Shown in pieces: positions 50,901 through 62,100 of a stretch of 64,000 nt of DNA (positions within the stretch are counted from its first letter, which is position 1; every line of letters starts with the position of its first letter). The position numbers and the translations under genes were made by a program. Under the pieces are notes generated by a model. The model was given only the letters and a program-made list of their open reading frames with translations, was not told the DNA's origin and searched no databases. The DNA is from Marsupella aquatica. Its lineage: Eukaryota; Plantae; Marchantiophyta. Location: NCBI GenBank assembly GCA_973895155.1, contig OZ316898.1, positions 6,621,079-6,685,078 of the forward strand, read 5' to 3'.

Positions 50901-53510
50901 TGCAGGATCGCTGACTTGATTCCAAGTTATATCAAATGTGGTTGTGAGGTCTTCATTTTCATAGTACGCCCGTGCTACGGCCTTCGCAGCTACGTCATCT
51001 ACTGGATTTCCTAACCAAATGAGAGTCTCCAAGCTGGGAAGGCGGCCCCTCTCAATGGTCTCCGTCAAGCTCTTGAAATCTCTCAGACCCACTCCCACGT
51101 TCCTTCCCAAATTCAACACTTTCAAGTGGAGCAACAAATATGAGTCGGCCAGGTTTACCAAAGCATCCACCGCCTGATTTGACAACAGATTGTCAGAGAG
51201 ATCGAGCGATTCCAATGCCAATGCAGGCCCGCCGCAATTGACTAATACATCTGCCAAGGCCCGAACTTGGTCCGTGTTGATAAAACAACCATCCATGACC
51301 AGTTTTACGAAAGAATCTGTCAAAAGTATGGGGAGCAAGTCCTCCAAGCTAGTTCGATTCAGTGCATTCTGGCTAAGGTGCAGTGATATAATATTCCCCA
51401 GCTTTCCAGATTCTATTGCCTGGGTAAGAACCTTCCAGCCATGGCCATCGTCAAGTACCCCATTACACAAATAAAGCTCTACCGGTGAGAACATCGTCCC
51501 AGGGCCATTGATTAGTGCATCCGCCAAGCTCCAAACTTGCTCTGAGTTGACCCAACAGCCATCCATGACCATGAGACTCCGATGAAAATCAAACATAAGC
51601 AAAGGGCCCACTTCAGCTGATCCATACTTCCTTACGTGGACAGATGCAATACTGTCCAAGTTTCCAGAATCTATTGCCCGGGTGAAAACCTCCCAGCCAT
51701 TCACTCCATCAAGCACCCCGCTCGATAGTTCAAGATGTTGCAAGCTTCTCAAGAACCCACTTTTCAAAGCTGAGTCGAGTTTCTGATGTAAAATTGTCCG
51801 AGAAAGATCGTCAAGGCCCTCCATGCTCAAGATAGAAAATGCGCGCACATGAGATATATGTTTCTCATTCCAGGACCCTAGAACTCCACTGAGATCAAAT
51901 GCCGACAGGGATATAATAGGCACATTGACACCACGGGCGGAGAGGGACCTTGTAAGGAAGCTTGTGAACTGGCCAGTCATTAACGCTGCTGCTAGAAGTG
52001 CACTTCCCTCCCGTCCCTGGGCCAAAACTGCTGGATCCTGAGACCTCAAAGAGGTAATTCTCAATCTTAGCGCCTCTACCGTTGAGATTCTATTGCTTTC
52101 GAGGATAGTTTCAAAATGGTCCATTCCAGAACTGGCGCCCGATGTTAAGCTGAGCTCCACTCCAGGAATGGTGCCAGATCCACTTGCCGGCAGACAGTGT
52201 GGGGGATCCCGATGCCAATCTACTTCGTGTTCCCTCATATCATTGGATTGGATTCTTTGAACTCTGCACTGCGTTTCCTTTGTCTCTGATAGACGAGTGG
52301 CCCCAGTCACCTTGGGAAAACGGTAAAGCACTTGATACCACTCATCTGGCAGGTTGGCATCATTTCCGGCGTAGAGTCGCACAAAAGCCTCTGTTGCAGG
52401 TGCATCACTATCTGGATTTCTCGCCCAAATCAACACCTTCAAGCTGGGATGGTGGCCCGTTTGAATGGTCTCCATCAAAGTTAGTAGAGTTCCTGAAACT
52501 ATTCCTGAGTTCATACTCAAATCTAAGTCCTGCAACTGAGCCAACTTGTCTGAGCCGGCGAGAGCATGAACCGCGATACCATCGAGCTCATTATTATGGA
52601 GATCGAGACGCCTCAACGCTAAAGGATTCCGAGCGCCTTTCATTATTGCATCTGTAAAGCGCTCAACATCGAACGAATCAATCTTACAACCATGCAGGAC
52701 GAGGTTCTCAAGGGTACTCGACAAAAGGAAAGGAACCATATCCGCCAACTTAACTCCTACATTCTCACTCAAGCTGAGAGACTTCAGACCTGGCACGTTT
52801 CGAACTGTTAAGGATCTAATGAAAGAACTCCAGCGAGAGGCATTAACGAGGAACCCATCAGATAAACCGAGATGCTCCAACTTTCTAAACAACCCCCGAC
52901 CCAAAAAGTCGCACAAGATCTTCAACCCTTTGTGTTGGTGCAAACCCCTTGCGCCCGTGATGGACAATGATCGCAGTTGAGAAAACCTTTGCTCCGAGTC
53001 GAGCTCCAAGTCCCACAACGTTTCAATATCAAAGCAGGCGGGGAGTGATAGTGTATGCAGGTCTGGGAATTTCCTGATGCATGAACTTAACGCGGCTGCT
53101 ACACCTCGACGAAACCAACCTACCGGGTCATTGTACTCGGAGGTCATTCTAATTCTCAGTGTCATTACACCTTGGAATGTACGGTTTTCACGGAAGATCT
53201 CTTGCACTATATACCCAGTAGTTTGAAAACATGGAAGCTCCAACTCCATGTGTTCTATCCGAGAGCAATCGATACAATTCAAGAGTTCCATTATCGAATA
53301 CCAGTGAATCATATCTAGGGTTTTCTGGATTCTGAAGTGTGAATTTGGATGTCTGAAAGACGTCAGCTCGAAGAGACGAGAGTCGTCCGGCACCATAAAC
53401 CTATCTTCAAGAAAGAAATCAGAAAATTTCTTCCGATAGAAGTCCCAGTCGTCCCATCCTTGTTGGCTCCCAAAGCTCCTCCAATTCGAATCTTCAATCC
53501 AATAATCCAT
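47967..53510 (-). CDS. TORNADO1-like Roco protein (RI-like LRRs, Roc GTPase, COR, C-terminal domain), about 1847 aa, single coding exon
   Basis: Uninterrupted 5.5-kb ORF with LxxLxLxxN repeats, P-loop GFPEVGKTT, G2 RTTGI, G3 WDIAGQEEY, COR-like YLHEIGGIVYF...LHPEWFC and a TRN1-type C-terminal RLHFLCE...HWVEDQEG. The ATG at 53510 is conserved in the other two copies; the ORF track starts 7 codons earlier at TTG. Confidence 0.92.
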   Translation of the reverse strand: MDYWIEDSNWRSFGSQQGWDDWDFYRKKFSDFFLEDRFMVPDDSRLFELTSFRHPNSHFRIQKTLDMIHWYSIMELLNCIDCSRIEHMELELPCFQTTGYIVQEIFRENRTFQGVMTLRIRMTSEYNDPVGWFRRGVAAALSSCIRKFPDLHTLSLPACFDIETLWDLELDSEQRFSQLRSLSITGARGLHQHKGLKILCDFLGRGLFRKLEHLGLSDGFLVNASRWSSFIRSLTVRNVPGLKSLSLSENVGVKLADMVPFLLSSTLENLVLHGCKIDSFDVERFTDAIMKGARNPLALRRLDLHNNELDGIAVHALAGSDKLAQLQDLDLSMNSGIVSGTLLTLMETIQTGHHPSLKVLIWARNPDSDAPATEAFVRLYAGNDANLPDEWYQVLYRFPKVTGATRLSETKETQCRVQRIQSNDMREHEVDWHRDPPHCLPASGSGTIPGVELSLTSGASSGMDHFETILESNRISTVEALRLRITSLRSQDPAVLAQGREGSALLAAALMTGQFTSFLTRSLSARGVNVPIISLSAFDLSGVLGSWNEKHISHVRAFSILSMEGLDDLSRTILHQKLDSALKSGFLRSLQHLELSSGVLDGVNGWEVFTRAIDSGNLDSIASVHVRKYGSAEVGPLLMFDFHRSLMVMDGCWVNSEQVWSLADALINGPGTMFSPVELYLCNGVLDDGHGWKVLTQAIESGKLGNIISLHLSQNALNRTSLEDLLPILLTDSFVKLVMDGCFINTDQVRALADVLVNCGGPALALESLDLSDNLLSNQAVDALVNLADSYLLLHLKVLNLGRNVGVGLRDFKSLTETIERGRLPSLETLIWLGNPVDDVAAKAVARAYYENEDLTTTFDITWNQVSDPALQTMVIESRARNIRLRALKVEHKDVLEDVTPLTSAKVFLCGFPEVGKTTLRRALTNSTRPLKEARTTGIELSQLEERNLTLTLWDIAGQEEYRVLHGTFFADLGLVGGKATIFILVLRASFAKSAKDVEKDLLYWFRFIASSSQKHVKRHVVIVLNCFGGQQCAKPALTLWMGLIKNIKDLFRDVLHIRLAPFVLDVRFPTSVQPLKDFLFGQAQTLLENVMVPKVCLELQKELKRWAEDDTKSHLPIMSWEAFETNVNLKRKENRLSGTHLKAAALYLHEIGGIVYFDHKESTDSRSKHRSVVVLHPEWFCRQVVGELLLPDGMLEDCCSLIVNVDGLIPTYLFQSYFEHLLVEGVRSDDVLSMLERVGLCYRKGNDEIMVPALIQKEDHNLRMGWEGEGCGLVIGRCLTIEDHERTAIPMTLFRRLQVELAQDPNFGGRGDSGYRAGKFSSSFNVGELSFLIEVDANPSNPNDDRIDILVKTVCPHEKRFAQVERVCEIMQKLQVLCFACCPGLRYDVKVIEPWSATEKAPEMTKRRLMSLRGIKVLVLQDELYSSWRVNGNAVELKTFLADVEMKAVVEIKAGMKADPDDGTRDAYASEWEIEGADDYYNSDFSEGSEDSEVSLGGVEANQKPDVSSEAVEDAEHAAELNNDIKGCWKEDSLPQIKDFEEGNSSNPLLLENGGACVQDRQVLHPEIQELKDLIRYTCSHLGKVVHREGHAIRQHIDDGNQKLLLNVDEGRDEVLLWIQAHYSFSIAEKEKSVPRFLILKRKDSSGLWTSFKDTVKGPFRKNYRLHFLCECQFDDGNLHWVEDQEGVKLSKTTVVKEWLKDVEPWVRWSYFVATTVAKIALTVLLPGTAGAIPTISTSTEEHDRARDTAVRMLQDEDEKNGHGKPDPAEQLTDVKMKLVAEGVVKDLIVDIGLGNFVKGTKLRRVVLKASPQIDSSRRSRAPDSVSWVCEKCLEKYGAEATAISP

Positions 53511-55020
53511 CGATAAAATTGACTTCGACAAAGATGGATTTGGCTGTCCACTCCTTCTGGAAACAAAGTTGTCGAACCCCGAACTCTACAATGCTTGCCG
53601 CCGCTCAAGCAAAAGCTTCTACAATTATCTGGACCCGATTCACTCTCAAGTCACCCAGCTAATGCCGCATTGAGACACGAGAACAATCACTCAGAATCTC
53701 GAAAGGTAGTAAGCAGACGCACCATACCGAGCATCCACAATCAGCTCTCTTCCTACTGCATCGTTCCGTAGAAAAGCCTGGAAGTTGCCAACCGCAAGAC
53801 CTCTCTTACGACGGCCGTGAGGGGGACGAAAGGACTAAGATGGCCACGACATTCCGCTAGGAGAAGGGGCTCGTCAGTTTCTAATCAAGGAAGCATTCCC
53901 AAAAGCGACTCTCATCAGCAAACACGGAGCTTTTGTTGAAGTCTCAGAGTCTGCTGCTCGCAGCTTTCCACCCAACTTCACTGGGATTCTTTCTACTCTT
54001 CCCGAATCGACTGCGGTAGGACCCAACGCGAGCTGTCACACTGTTAATTAATCTCCTCCCGCAGCTTTCGATGAAGCTCTGAAGGACTGAAGCTCTGAGC
54101 TCCGCGATTTCTCTTCACTCGTGCCGAAGGAATAGGTACAGTCTACTGTGCACGAGTGCACGTGTATAAGTGCATTTTCTTGGAGGTCGTCTAATCCCCT
54201 AGTATTACATTTCCTTTTTGGACAATGCACCAAAAATTGAACCTTGTAGAAGTGTGGGAGGGACCTTATCAAATGACAAATACATAAGTGCATTTCAGTC
54301 TAAAGTGCTCACATGTGTTTATCTGTTACTGCAATGCATATAGAGGAATGTTTATTGATAAGTGGAGTAGACAATTACATAAAATATTTTCTTGCACATA
54401 TCCAGTAGAGTTGTGGCTCAGGATATGAAGAGTCCTGTGTGTGACTTGACAACACATATGAGAAAGTGCATAAGCCATTTCCCTTGCACTTGTTGGGTAG
54501 TGACACCATGCACTTTTGGAGAAGTGCATCAATGCAAGCATATCCTTGCACATATAACATAGTGAACTGTGGTCGTCAATGCAGTGCAGAAGGTTCTGAC
54601 TGGATTGTTCAACCCTTTTTTTTCCCTCTAAAAACTCAATCGAATTTCATTCAAAAAGCCAGGCAGCATACAACAGGGGTGGCCCTCAAAGGGGGTTGGC
54701 ACCCAGGTGGACCCAAAGGTCATGAAGCCACAAAAACAGGGGTTTAGGGTTTAGGGTTAAACCCTAAACATACTCAGAACGGGAGCTGTTTAACCCTTTT
54801 CAAGTGAATAGCTGCTGTGACTTCACAATCATAGTCAGGTTCAAACTCTATAAGTGCAAACTGGCTGAATGATATGTTCCTTGTTTTTAAGAATTAGGCG
54901 AGTAGCTCTAGGAGGACATGAACTCTAGCAGGGCAGGAACAGTACATAACAGAAAGGCATTTGACCTGGTCATGCAGTTCAGATAGTATATATACTGTGC
55001 AAAGGAACAAAAATGTCAAA

Positions 55021-55140
55021 CCAGGAGATATGATCCCAAAGACAAAGCAACCCAATAAAAGAAAAAGGAGGGGGAAAAACCCAGGAAATATGATCCCAGA
55101 GACAAAGCAACCCAATAAAAGGAAAAGGAGGGGGAAAAAC
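55021..55140. repeat. Tandem duplication, 60-bp unit x2
   Basis: CCAGGA(G/A)ATATGATCCCA(A/G)AGACAAAGCAACCCAATAAAAG...GGGGAAAAAC occurs twice. Confidence 0.9.
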
Positions 55141-55421
55141 CGAGATCTAGGACCCAAGAGGCCAAACAAGCCAAAGGGATAGTCAATTGTATAGTACTTT
55201 TGCACAAACTCTCCCCTTGGGTGGAATCCAATGGTGGCAAATGGCAGGGAATTTTTCAAATTTTAGCCCAAGTATCATTCGCCAGCTCATCTTTAAAAGT
55301 AGGTTCTTGGCGATTTTCGCCCACAAAAAATGTCTGATAGCCCACATCATCAACATTGTCCAAAGCGAGACGAGGGCTTTAAAAAAGTGAGATATTAGCA
55401 AACATCACAGCAGACTTGTGA

Positions 55422-56935
55422 TCTAGCGCCTCTACCGTTGAGCATCCACTGGTTTCAAGGATAGTTCCAAAACAGTCCATTCGGGACCCAGCGCCATATC
55501 CACTCCCCGGCTGATAGTGTGGCAAGTCCTGATTCCGATCTACTAAGTGCACATATCGTCGAAAATTCTTTTGACACTGTAGTGTGTCACATTTGCCTCC
55601 GGAAGACCAGTGGAGTACTTATTAGTCACCTGCTGAGGACGGTACAGCACATGATACCACTCATCTGGCAGCTTGGCAGCAGTTTCATCGTGGAGTCGCA
55701 CGAAGGCCTCTGCTGCAGAAGTATGTCGATTTCTCGACCAAATCAAAAGCTTCAAACTTGGATGGTGACCGCTTTCAATGATCTTCATCAAAGTCATTAG
55801 CGCACTTGAATCCAATCCCCAGTTCTCACTCAAATCCAAGTCCTGCAACTGAGCCAGCTTCTCTGAACAGACCAGACGTACCAAAGCAGCAAATCCCCTA
55901 TCATCCACCTCATTCTTGTCGAGATCGAGACGCTTCAACGCCACAGGACTCCTAGCGGCCTTCATTATTGCATGTGCAAAGCGCTCAACTTCCATTGCGT
56001 TGATCCCACAACCATCCACGATGAGGTTCTCAAGAGGCGTCGACAGCAGGAATGGGACTAAGTCTGCCAGCTTAAGTCCTACGTTCCCGCTCAACCTGAG
56101 AGATGTTAGATTTGGCAACTTTCCAGATTCTATCTCCCGAATGAAAACCTTCCAGCAATCCGAATCAGAAAGGAAGTTGTTGGATAAATGGTACCTATTA
56201 ACAGATAAATCGAGATGTTCCAAGCTTTTGAAGCACCCGCTTTTCAAAACTGCCCCCAAATTTTGCGACAGATCGCGTCGGACATATGAGCTTTTGCATG
56301 TGAAGGAAAATGACTTGATCGGGAAAAAACGACCACCGCATATGATTGAAAATGACCGCAAATCTGAAATATATCCAGCCTTCAAGGCACCTAAAACCGC
56401 ACCGACTGTACACGCGGAGAGGGATAGTGTACGCAGGTTTGTGAACCGGCCAAATTCTAACGCTTCTGCTAGATCTGCACTTCCCTTATTTCCCAGAGAA
56501 CCTACCCGGGAACCCGGCTCCCTCAAGGCCATTAATCCAAATTCTGAGTGTCTTTAGCCTCGACAATCGACCGCTTCCAAGGACAGGCCTCAAGTCGTCC
56601 ATTCCGATGGCTTCCGTTTGGAATTTCCTCCCTAAAGCAGCCTCTACGGGAGCTTGAGGAAGCTCCAACTCCATATGCTCAATTTGAGAGACATCGATGC
56701 GAGCCAAAATCTGCATTATGTACTGCCACTCATCCGCATCGAGCGATTTCTTGATTCTGAAGTGTGAATTTGAATGTCTGTAAGAAGCCAAATCCTTCAA
56801 AGGCCCTGAATCCCAGTCTACAGATACACCTCGAGAAATGTATTCAACAAATTTCTCTAGATAAAACTCCCAGTCATCCCTTCCTTGTTGGCTTCCATAT
56901 TCCCTGCAATTCGAATCTTCGACCCAAAACTCCAT
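55422..56935 (-). pseudogene. TORNADO1-like LRR-Roco 5' fragment (copy B), frameshifted and truncated
   Basis: ORFs 56486-56935 and 55543-56532 are nearly identical to copy A. A 2-bp deletion lies at about 56533, and homology ends abruptly at about 55422. Confidence 0.92.
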
Positions 56936-59196
56936 TCACAAGTTGACCTGTGACCAAGCTGGGGGACAAATCCAAACGTGTCCACTCCTTCCGGAAAAAG
57001 AGTTGTCGAACCTCAACTCTGCAAAGGTGGCCGTCGCTCAATCAAAAGCTTGGACAATCTGCACTCGATTGACTCAAGTCAATGAAGTAGTACCATGGCA
57101 CACGAGAACAATGACTCAAAATCTGGAAAGCTAGTAAGCAGACAGCGTCCAGAATCACTATCTTCCCGCTTAGTCTTCTCCTGGAGAAACGTACCATCTC
57201 TGTTGGTTACAAAACTGTTTGCTGCCGACTTTAACTTTTCTGCAAGTCGTCTGTTCGCTATACATTTGGACTCACTGAGGTGAATTCTTTCTAATTTTCC
57301 GAATCCCTCAGAACAAGAGCAGCCCAACAAGAGCAGCCCCAGTGCCACAATCTTCTCCGGGCATGATGATTGAGTTTCCTAAAATTTGCCTCCCTCGTCT
57401 TCAATGAAGCTCCGTGGTGGAGAAGTTTTTGCCTCCCGTGGCTTCTCCGAAGCTCCGGTAGTCGAGCCGTCTAAGTCCAAACTCCGTCAAGGAGTGGAGA
57501 GACACTGGATTGGATTGGATTGATTATCATTTTTTACTAATTTTAGGGGAATATTTTGTCGTTGCATATGTGGCATGACGAACTTCGTTTTAAGATCGAT
57601 GACTACTCCGTCGTAGATTTCCGAGAAGCCGTGTTTTACCTAGACCTCCGCGACCTTTGCAGGTAGTTGAACCTGCAGAAGTCCCTGGCTTGATTTAGCT
57701 ATTCTCCATCACTCGGCTGCCCATTTGCCACCGACCCCTCGATGTGGTTGGAGCTTGCAAGAATATACATTCCACACGGAAGTGAATTTGATACATTTCA
57801 CCAACTGCTTTTGGAGCCCTCGAAGACTCTGTACGAGAAGCACAGAAGCAGTCGTGTAGACAAACATGTATGCATGCAAAACCTGAAGCGAAACCCTCCC
57901 AATACATGTGAATTGCGTTGTCTTTTCCATCTTGGTGTGAATTCAATGGAGGAATAGAGCAAATTTCACGGAGTACAGTGACGATGACGTACGTAAAGCA
58001 GCACTAGTTCTGTAAGAGCCACTGACTTTCCGCTGGAAGATAATAATTCATTTAGGGGGAGAAGGTGTCCTTTATCTGTTTGATTATACAGTTATAGATG
58101 TAACAATGATATATCTTCGAAGCAGGAACTCTTCAGAATTAACAAAGTGATGAGCGTGGAAGAGCTGCACATCAACATGAACAGTTCAATGTTGGGATGA
58201 AATTTGTGAAACTGGGTCTCAAAGTTTTTCCACCCTTCTTGGACGCCTGAAAATCCCATCTACCATGATTTCTATGCTTTCACGTGGCTCACAATCCCAA
58301 ACCTGTCTTCAAGCCAATATAGTTCCTTTCAAGAGTGTCACCAGTTCTTTTGATGGATTCCCCATTCTATTGAAGTTCTAATGACCTTCCAAGTTAAACT
58401 CCTTACTTACACAGCTGTTTTCAGGAACGCAGTCATCAACTGTACAATATACAGTTCCAGTGAAGGGATAGCGACGACATGCTTTCAAGCCAGGCCTGGA
58501 GGAAATAATCCTGCAGCCAAAAAGTTGATTGGACACATCATTTGTAGAGCTTCATAAGCCATTTTAGGCACTGATTAAGTCACAAAGCGACAAGAGGCTG
58601 ACTGCAGAAGCAATAACGAAGTACAGACGTGGCATCCATCAACAATGCAAAGGTAGACACTGAGACGCAATGGTCAGTGCAGAGATACGTATCCTTGGGC
58701 TAAAGACTTACCAAGGCAATAAGCAAGTGTTCTATCGTGGACTTTAAGTCCACATGTTGACCTGTGAAGAAGACGTCCTTTCGGGCTTTCCATCTTAGCA
58801 AAATAAATTGGTGATGTTACCCTTGTTCTTTTACTACTCCAGAATTACCCCTAGAGAATCCTCGCCGGTGAGTTAAGAACGCCGCCTGCAGCAAGGAAGA
58901 TCTAGACCAGTAGAGAACGTTGGAATTATTGTGCTTGGGCCCAGTTCCTCGTATATACTGATCTCTCTGCTACCCTTTATATGCGGCAGAGGAAAGAAAA
59001 AGCATTTCACTGTCAACAGCGCGAAAGTTTGTTTACTGACGCCAAGTGAGTTCAATACCCCGTCCGAATATTTGGTGGATTATAAAACTTATTTCACAGT
59101 TGACAAGGGGAGAAAATCAAGATTTACGAGCCTTTCTTCCACAGCATATTACACTTGGCGAACACTGAATTGAGAACGCACCTCTAATCTAAAAAT
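55422..59196. repeat. Recent ~3.8-kb direct segmental duplication of about 42137-45975
   Basis: Near-identical sequence from CTAGCGCCTCTACCGTTGAGCATCC to CCTCTAATCTAAAA. It covers the Roco 5' half, its upstream region and the SPHK-derived 3' flank. Confidence 0.96.
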
Positions 59197-62100
59197 GCCC
59201 GTGACCAAAGCACTTTGGTCACAAATGCTGAACTACTCTTTATAATTTGTGACTGATTACTTGATTAGTTATTGTCACCAATACATGAATGTTTCATTAA
59301 TATAGTGATCACTCTTGTGAGGGGGAGGTCTCAGGTTCAAAACTCGGGTCCTGAAATGCTTTGACCCAAATTTGACTCGCAATAGTACAAAAACATGATA
59401 AGTTGGGGATGCATTTAAATTTGAGAAAAATTAATAAATACAAGGAAAAGATAATTCATTATAATATGATACCTCAAAATAATATAAGTTTAAATAGAAT
59501 TCATACATGTAATTTTTATTTGATAAGAGAAAAAAATGTATCAAAACGTAAATGTATCTAAAAGACTAACCTAAATGAACCCTAAATAGTCCACCACCTA
59601 ATCTGAAATAAATCATAAAGAATTTAATCTTTTTCTCTTCTCATCGTCAACCTTTCGTTGATGTATATACAAACCAGGATGAACACGCTCGTCGGCAAAA
59701 TATTTCTCAAGCAACAAGCATTGTATGCATCGACCAGCATCTAAAGGATGAACACGCTCGTAAGCAAAATATTTCTCAAGCAACAAGCATTATATGCATC
59801 GAGAACACTCCATCGATGACAACACAAAGCTAAAGTATATCTCCAACAAAAAAGAGTTGCATCCAAATGTACTAGATTAAGTGACTATAGGCGGGTTTGT
59901 AGCAAATGACTAGGTCATTGCTACCACCGGCTACAGCAAACTCGCACTAGCCCAAGAGAATATGATAGAAAACTATCTATAAACGACCCTAATGATCGAG
60001 CGCGTCACTCCACGCACGTACGATCACCTAGGAAAATGGTAGGTAACCCCAATTTAAGGAATACTGAAGTATTAGATTAATTCCAATTTTATCTAAATAT
60101 TATTAGTTAATGAATGATCAACCTCTTTAACATTTGGTGGGATAGTCAAAAACTTCAAATGTTTTGTTGCAAGATCTTTATAACAATGCATCACTAAATG
60201 ACATCAAGTACCTCTTGATCCATGCACAAATCCTTAATTAAACTGTCATTCATTATTTGTTTTAATTGTCTATTTAATTACTATAGGGTTGAATACAAAA
60301 AAGATTGACACGCACCAGGGTGCGTGACCTACAATCATAGTAAGTACCACCCTTTAATTAGTTAGTTTCTTTACAACAATTAATAGGATTGTTGTATATT
60401 ACAATGTCTACTGGACATTCATTTGAATGTCAAAAATATCATGCCTTAATATCACCAAACTAAGGCCCCACTAACTAATATTATATCTTAAATAAACTAA
60501 CCAACTAACTAACTTAAATAGAAAATAAGACTTGTCTAAACTTGAGTTCTCTGGCTACTACTATTCTGAGTTGCCTTTTAAACTGTATGCTAAACTACAT
60601 GCTTCATTACTGTCTAGGATTTGTCACTTGCTATGCATGTCAAGAGATAGTCTCTTGCCTTGGCAGCAACATTCTTTGGAATTCCTACCAGCCCTGTCAC
60701 TGGTCACTCCTTTGCGTGCTTTGAAACACCACAAGGCAGAGGAAACATCTATTGTCTCAGCTTCCTTGTATATTGGAGTTGGATCACGTTCCCATTTCTT
60801 ATCCTAAGAATCTGCCCACCGCTCCCTTGGCTGCCAGTCTGATTGACCACGTTGCTTCTTTGCCATAAATGGTCTAAACCACTCAACGCCACATACATGA
60901 GTAAGAAGGTTTTGTTCATTCACTGGTCCTTCTACCACATCTGTAACAACTAACCCCATATGGACGGGATAAACATCCAGGTCTGAGTCGTCCGGCCGTA
61001 CCAACACATAACAGCCCTTCACAACATCAACCCTAGGGTTAAAACTCTCAGGAGGTTTATCTTTTGCTGGTCCCACATAATCCACTGTTGCCTCCAACTC
61101 ACATGCCACATTTCGATATTCTGGTGGAACGTGCTCTCTCCATATTGATAAAGGCCAAAACCCGTATTCCAAGTTGTGTGCACCTTCAGGTTCATATTGC
61201 ACCTGCTCACCCTGTAGAGTATCTACAATGTCATTCCAATAATTGATGAGAGTTGTCCAACGTCGCCTTGGTTCTTCCTCTTTTGTTCGCTTTAGAATAA
61301 ACTCAAAGAATGACACATGCTTCTTCAACCCTGTCAGCACTTCAGGAAGCATTTTCAACTCCATCATTGGTAGCCGTTTGGGCACCCCAATTGGGATGTG
61401 AGGACTTTTGTCATCTTTCCATGACCACATTTCAATACCTTCCTTGCCAGGTAACCATCCCTGATCAGTTGACTTCATTTTGTATTGGAAGCATGGCATA
61501 CTATCATGACGAACATACAACCTAAACAGCCTGGGTTTTAAATGCCCCACCAATGCCTCAGGGCCCTTCAACATGAATGGAGCTAAGTAGTTTTTGAAAT
61601 CTGGGACCTCCTGTAGAAAATGTGGGACTGCATTGGGTGTCCTTGCTCTCATGAACAAGGACATTAACTCAGGCAATGAGTATGTGGGGTTATGCATCAT
61701 AGACTCTGAAAAATGCCCGAACATACCGTCAACGTCCTCATGAGTATGCCCAACCACCATAAAACCAAGATGAACCTCTTCAAACACCTCCCTTGCCGTC
61801 AACAATGACAAATAAGCCATCATATATCTGTTCTTGTTGTCTGAGGCACAATTATCCAGTTGTAGCTTCAATACTCGTGGAAGGGGCCTGAACTTTGGTG
61901 CCTCAGGTGCTGCATCACAATGTAACAATCTCAGAATGCTTTTAAATAAAACCCTAGTCAGACCCTAAACCCAATTTAGGGTTTAAACCCTATTAATGAA
62001 ACCTTGGCTAGGAGCAACAACTACACAAAGTAGAGTGTCAGTGTGTGTGAGCTTATATTATTAAATAATAATAAATTAAAGGATTGTGAGTAAAGTACCT

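Noticed and set aside
55400-55426. Helitron 3' end (ATCACA..TGTGAT hairpin plus CTAG)
   Set aside because: The CTAG belongs to the Roco sequence (also present in copy A), is not followed by T, and the hairpin spacing is non-canonical.
59300-59352. tRNA gene or SINE head (GAGGTCTCAGGTTCAAAAC, B-box-like)
   Set aside because: No convincing A box or cloverleaf; too short to support.
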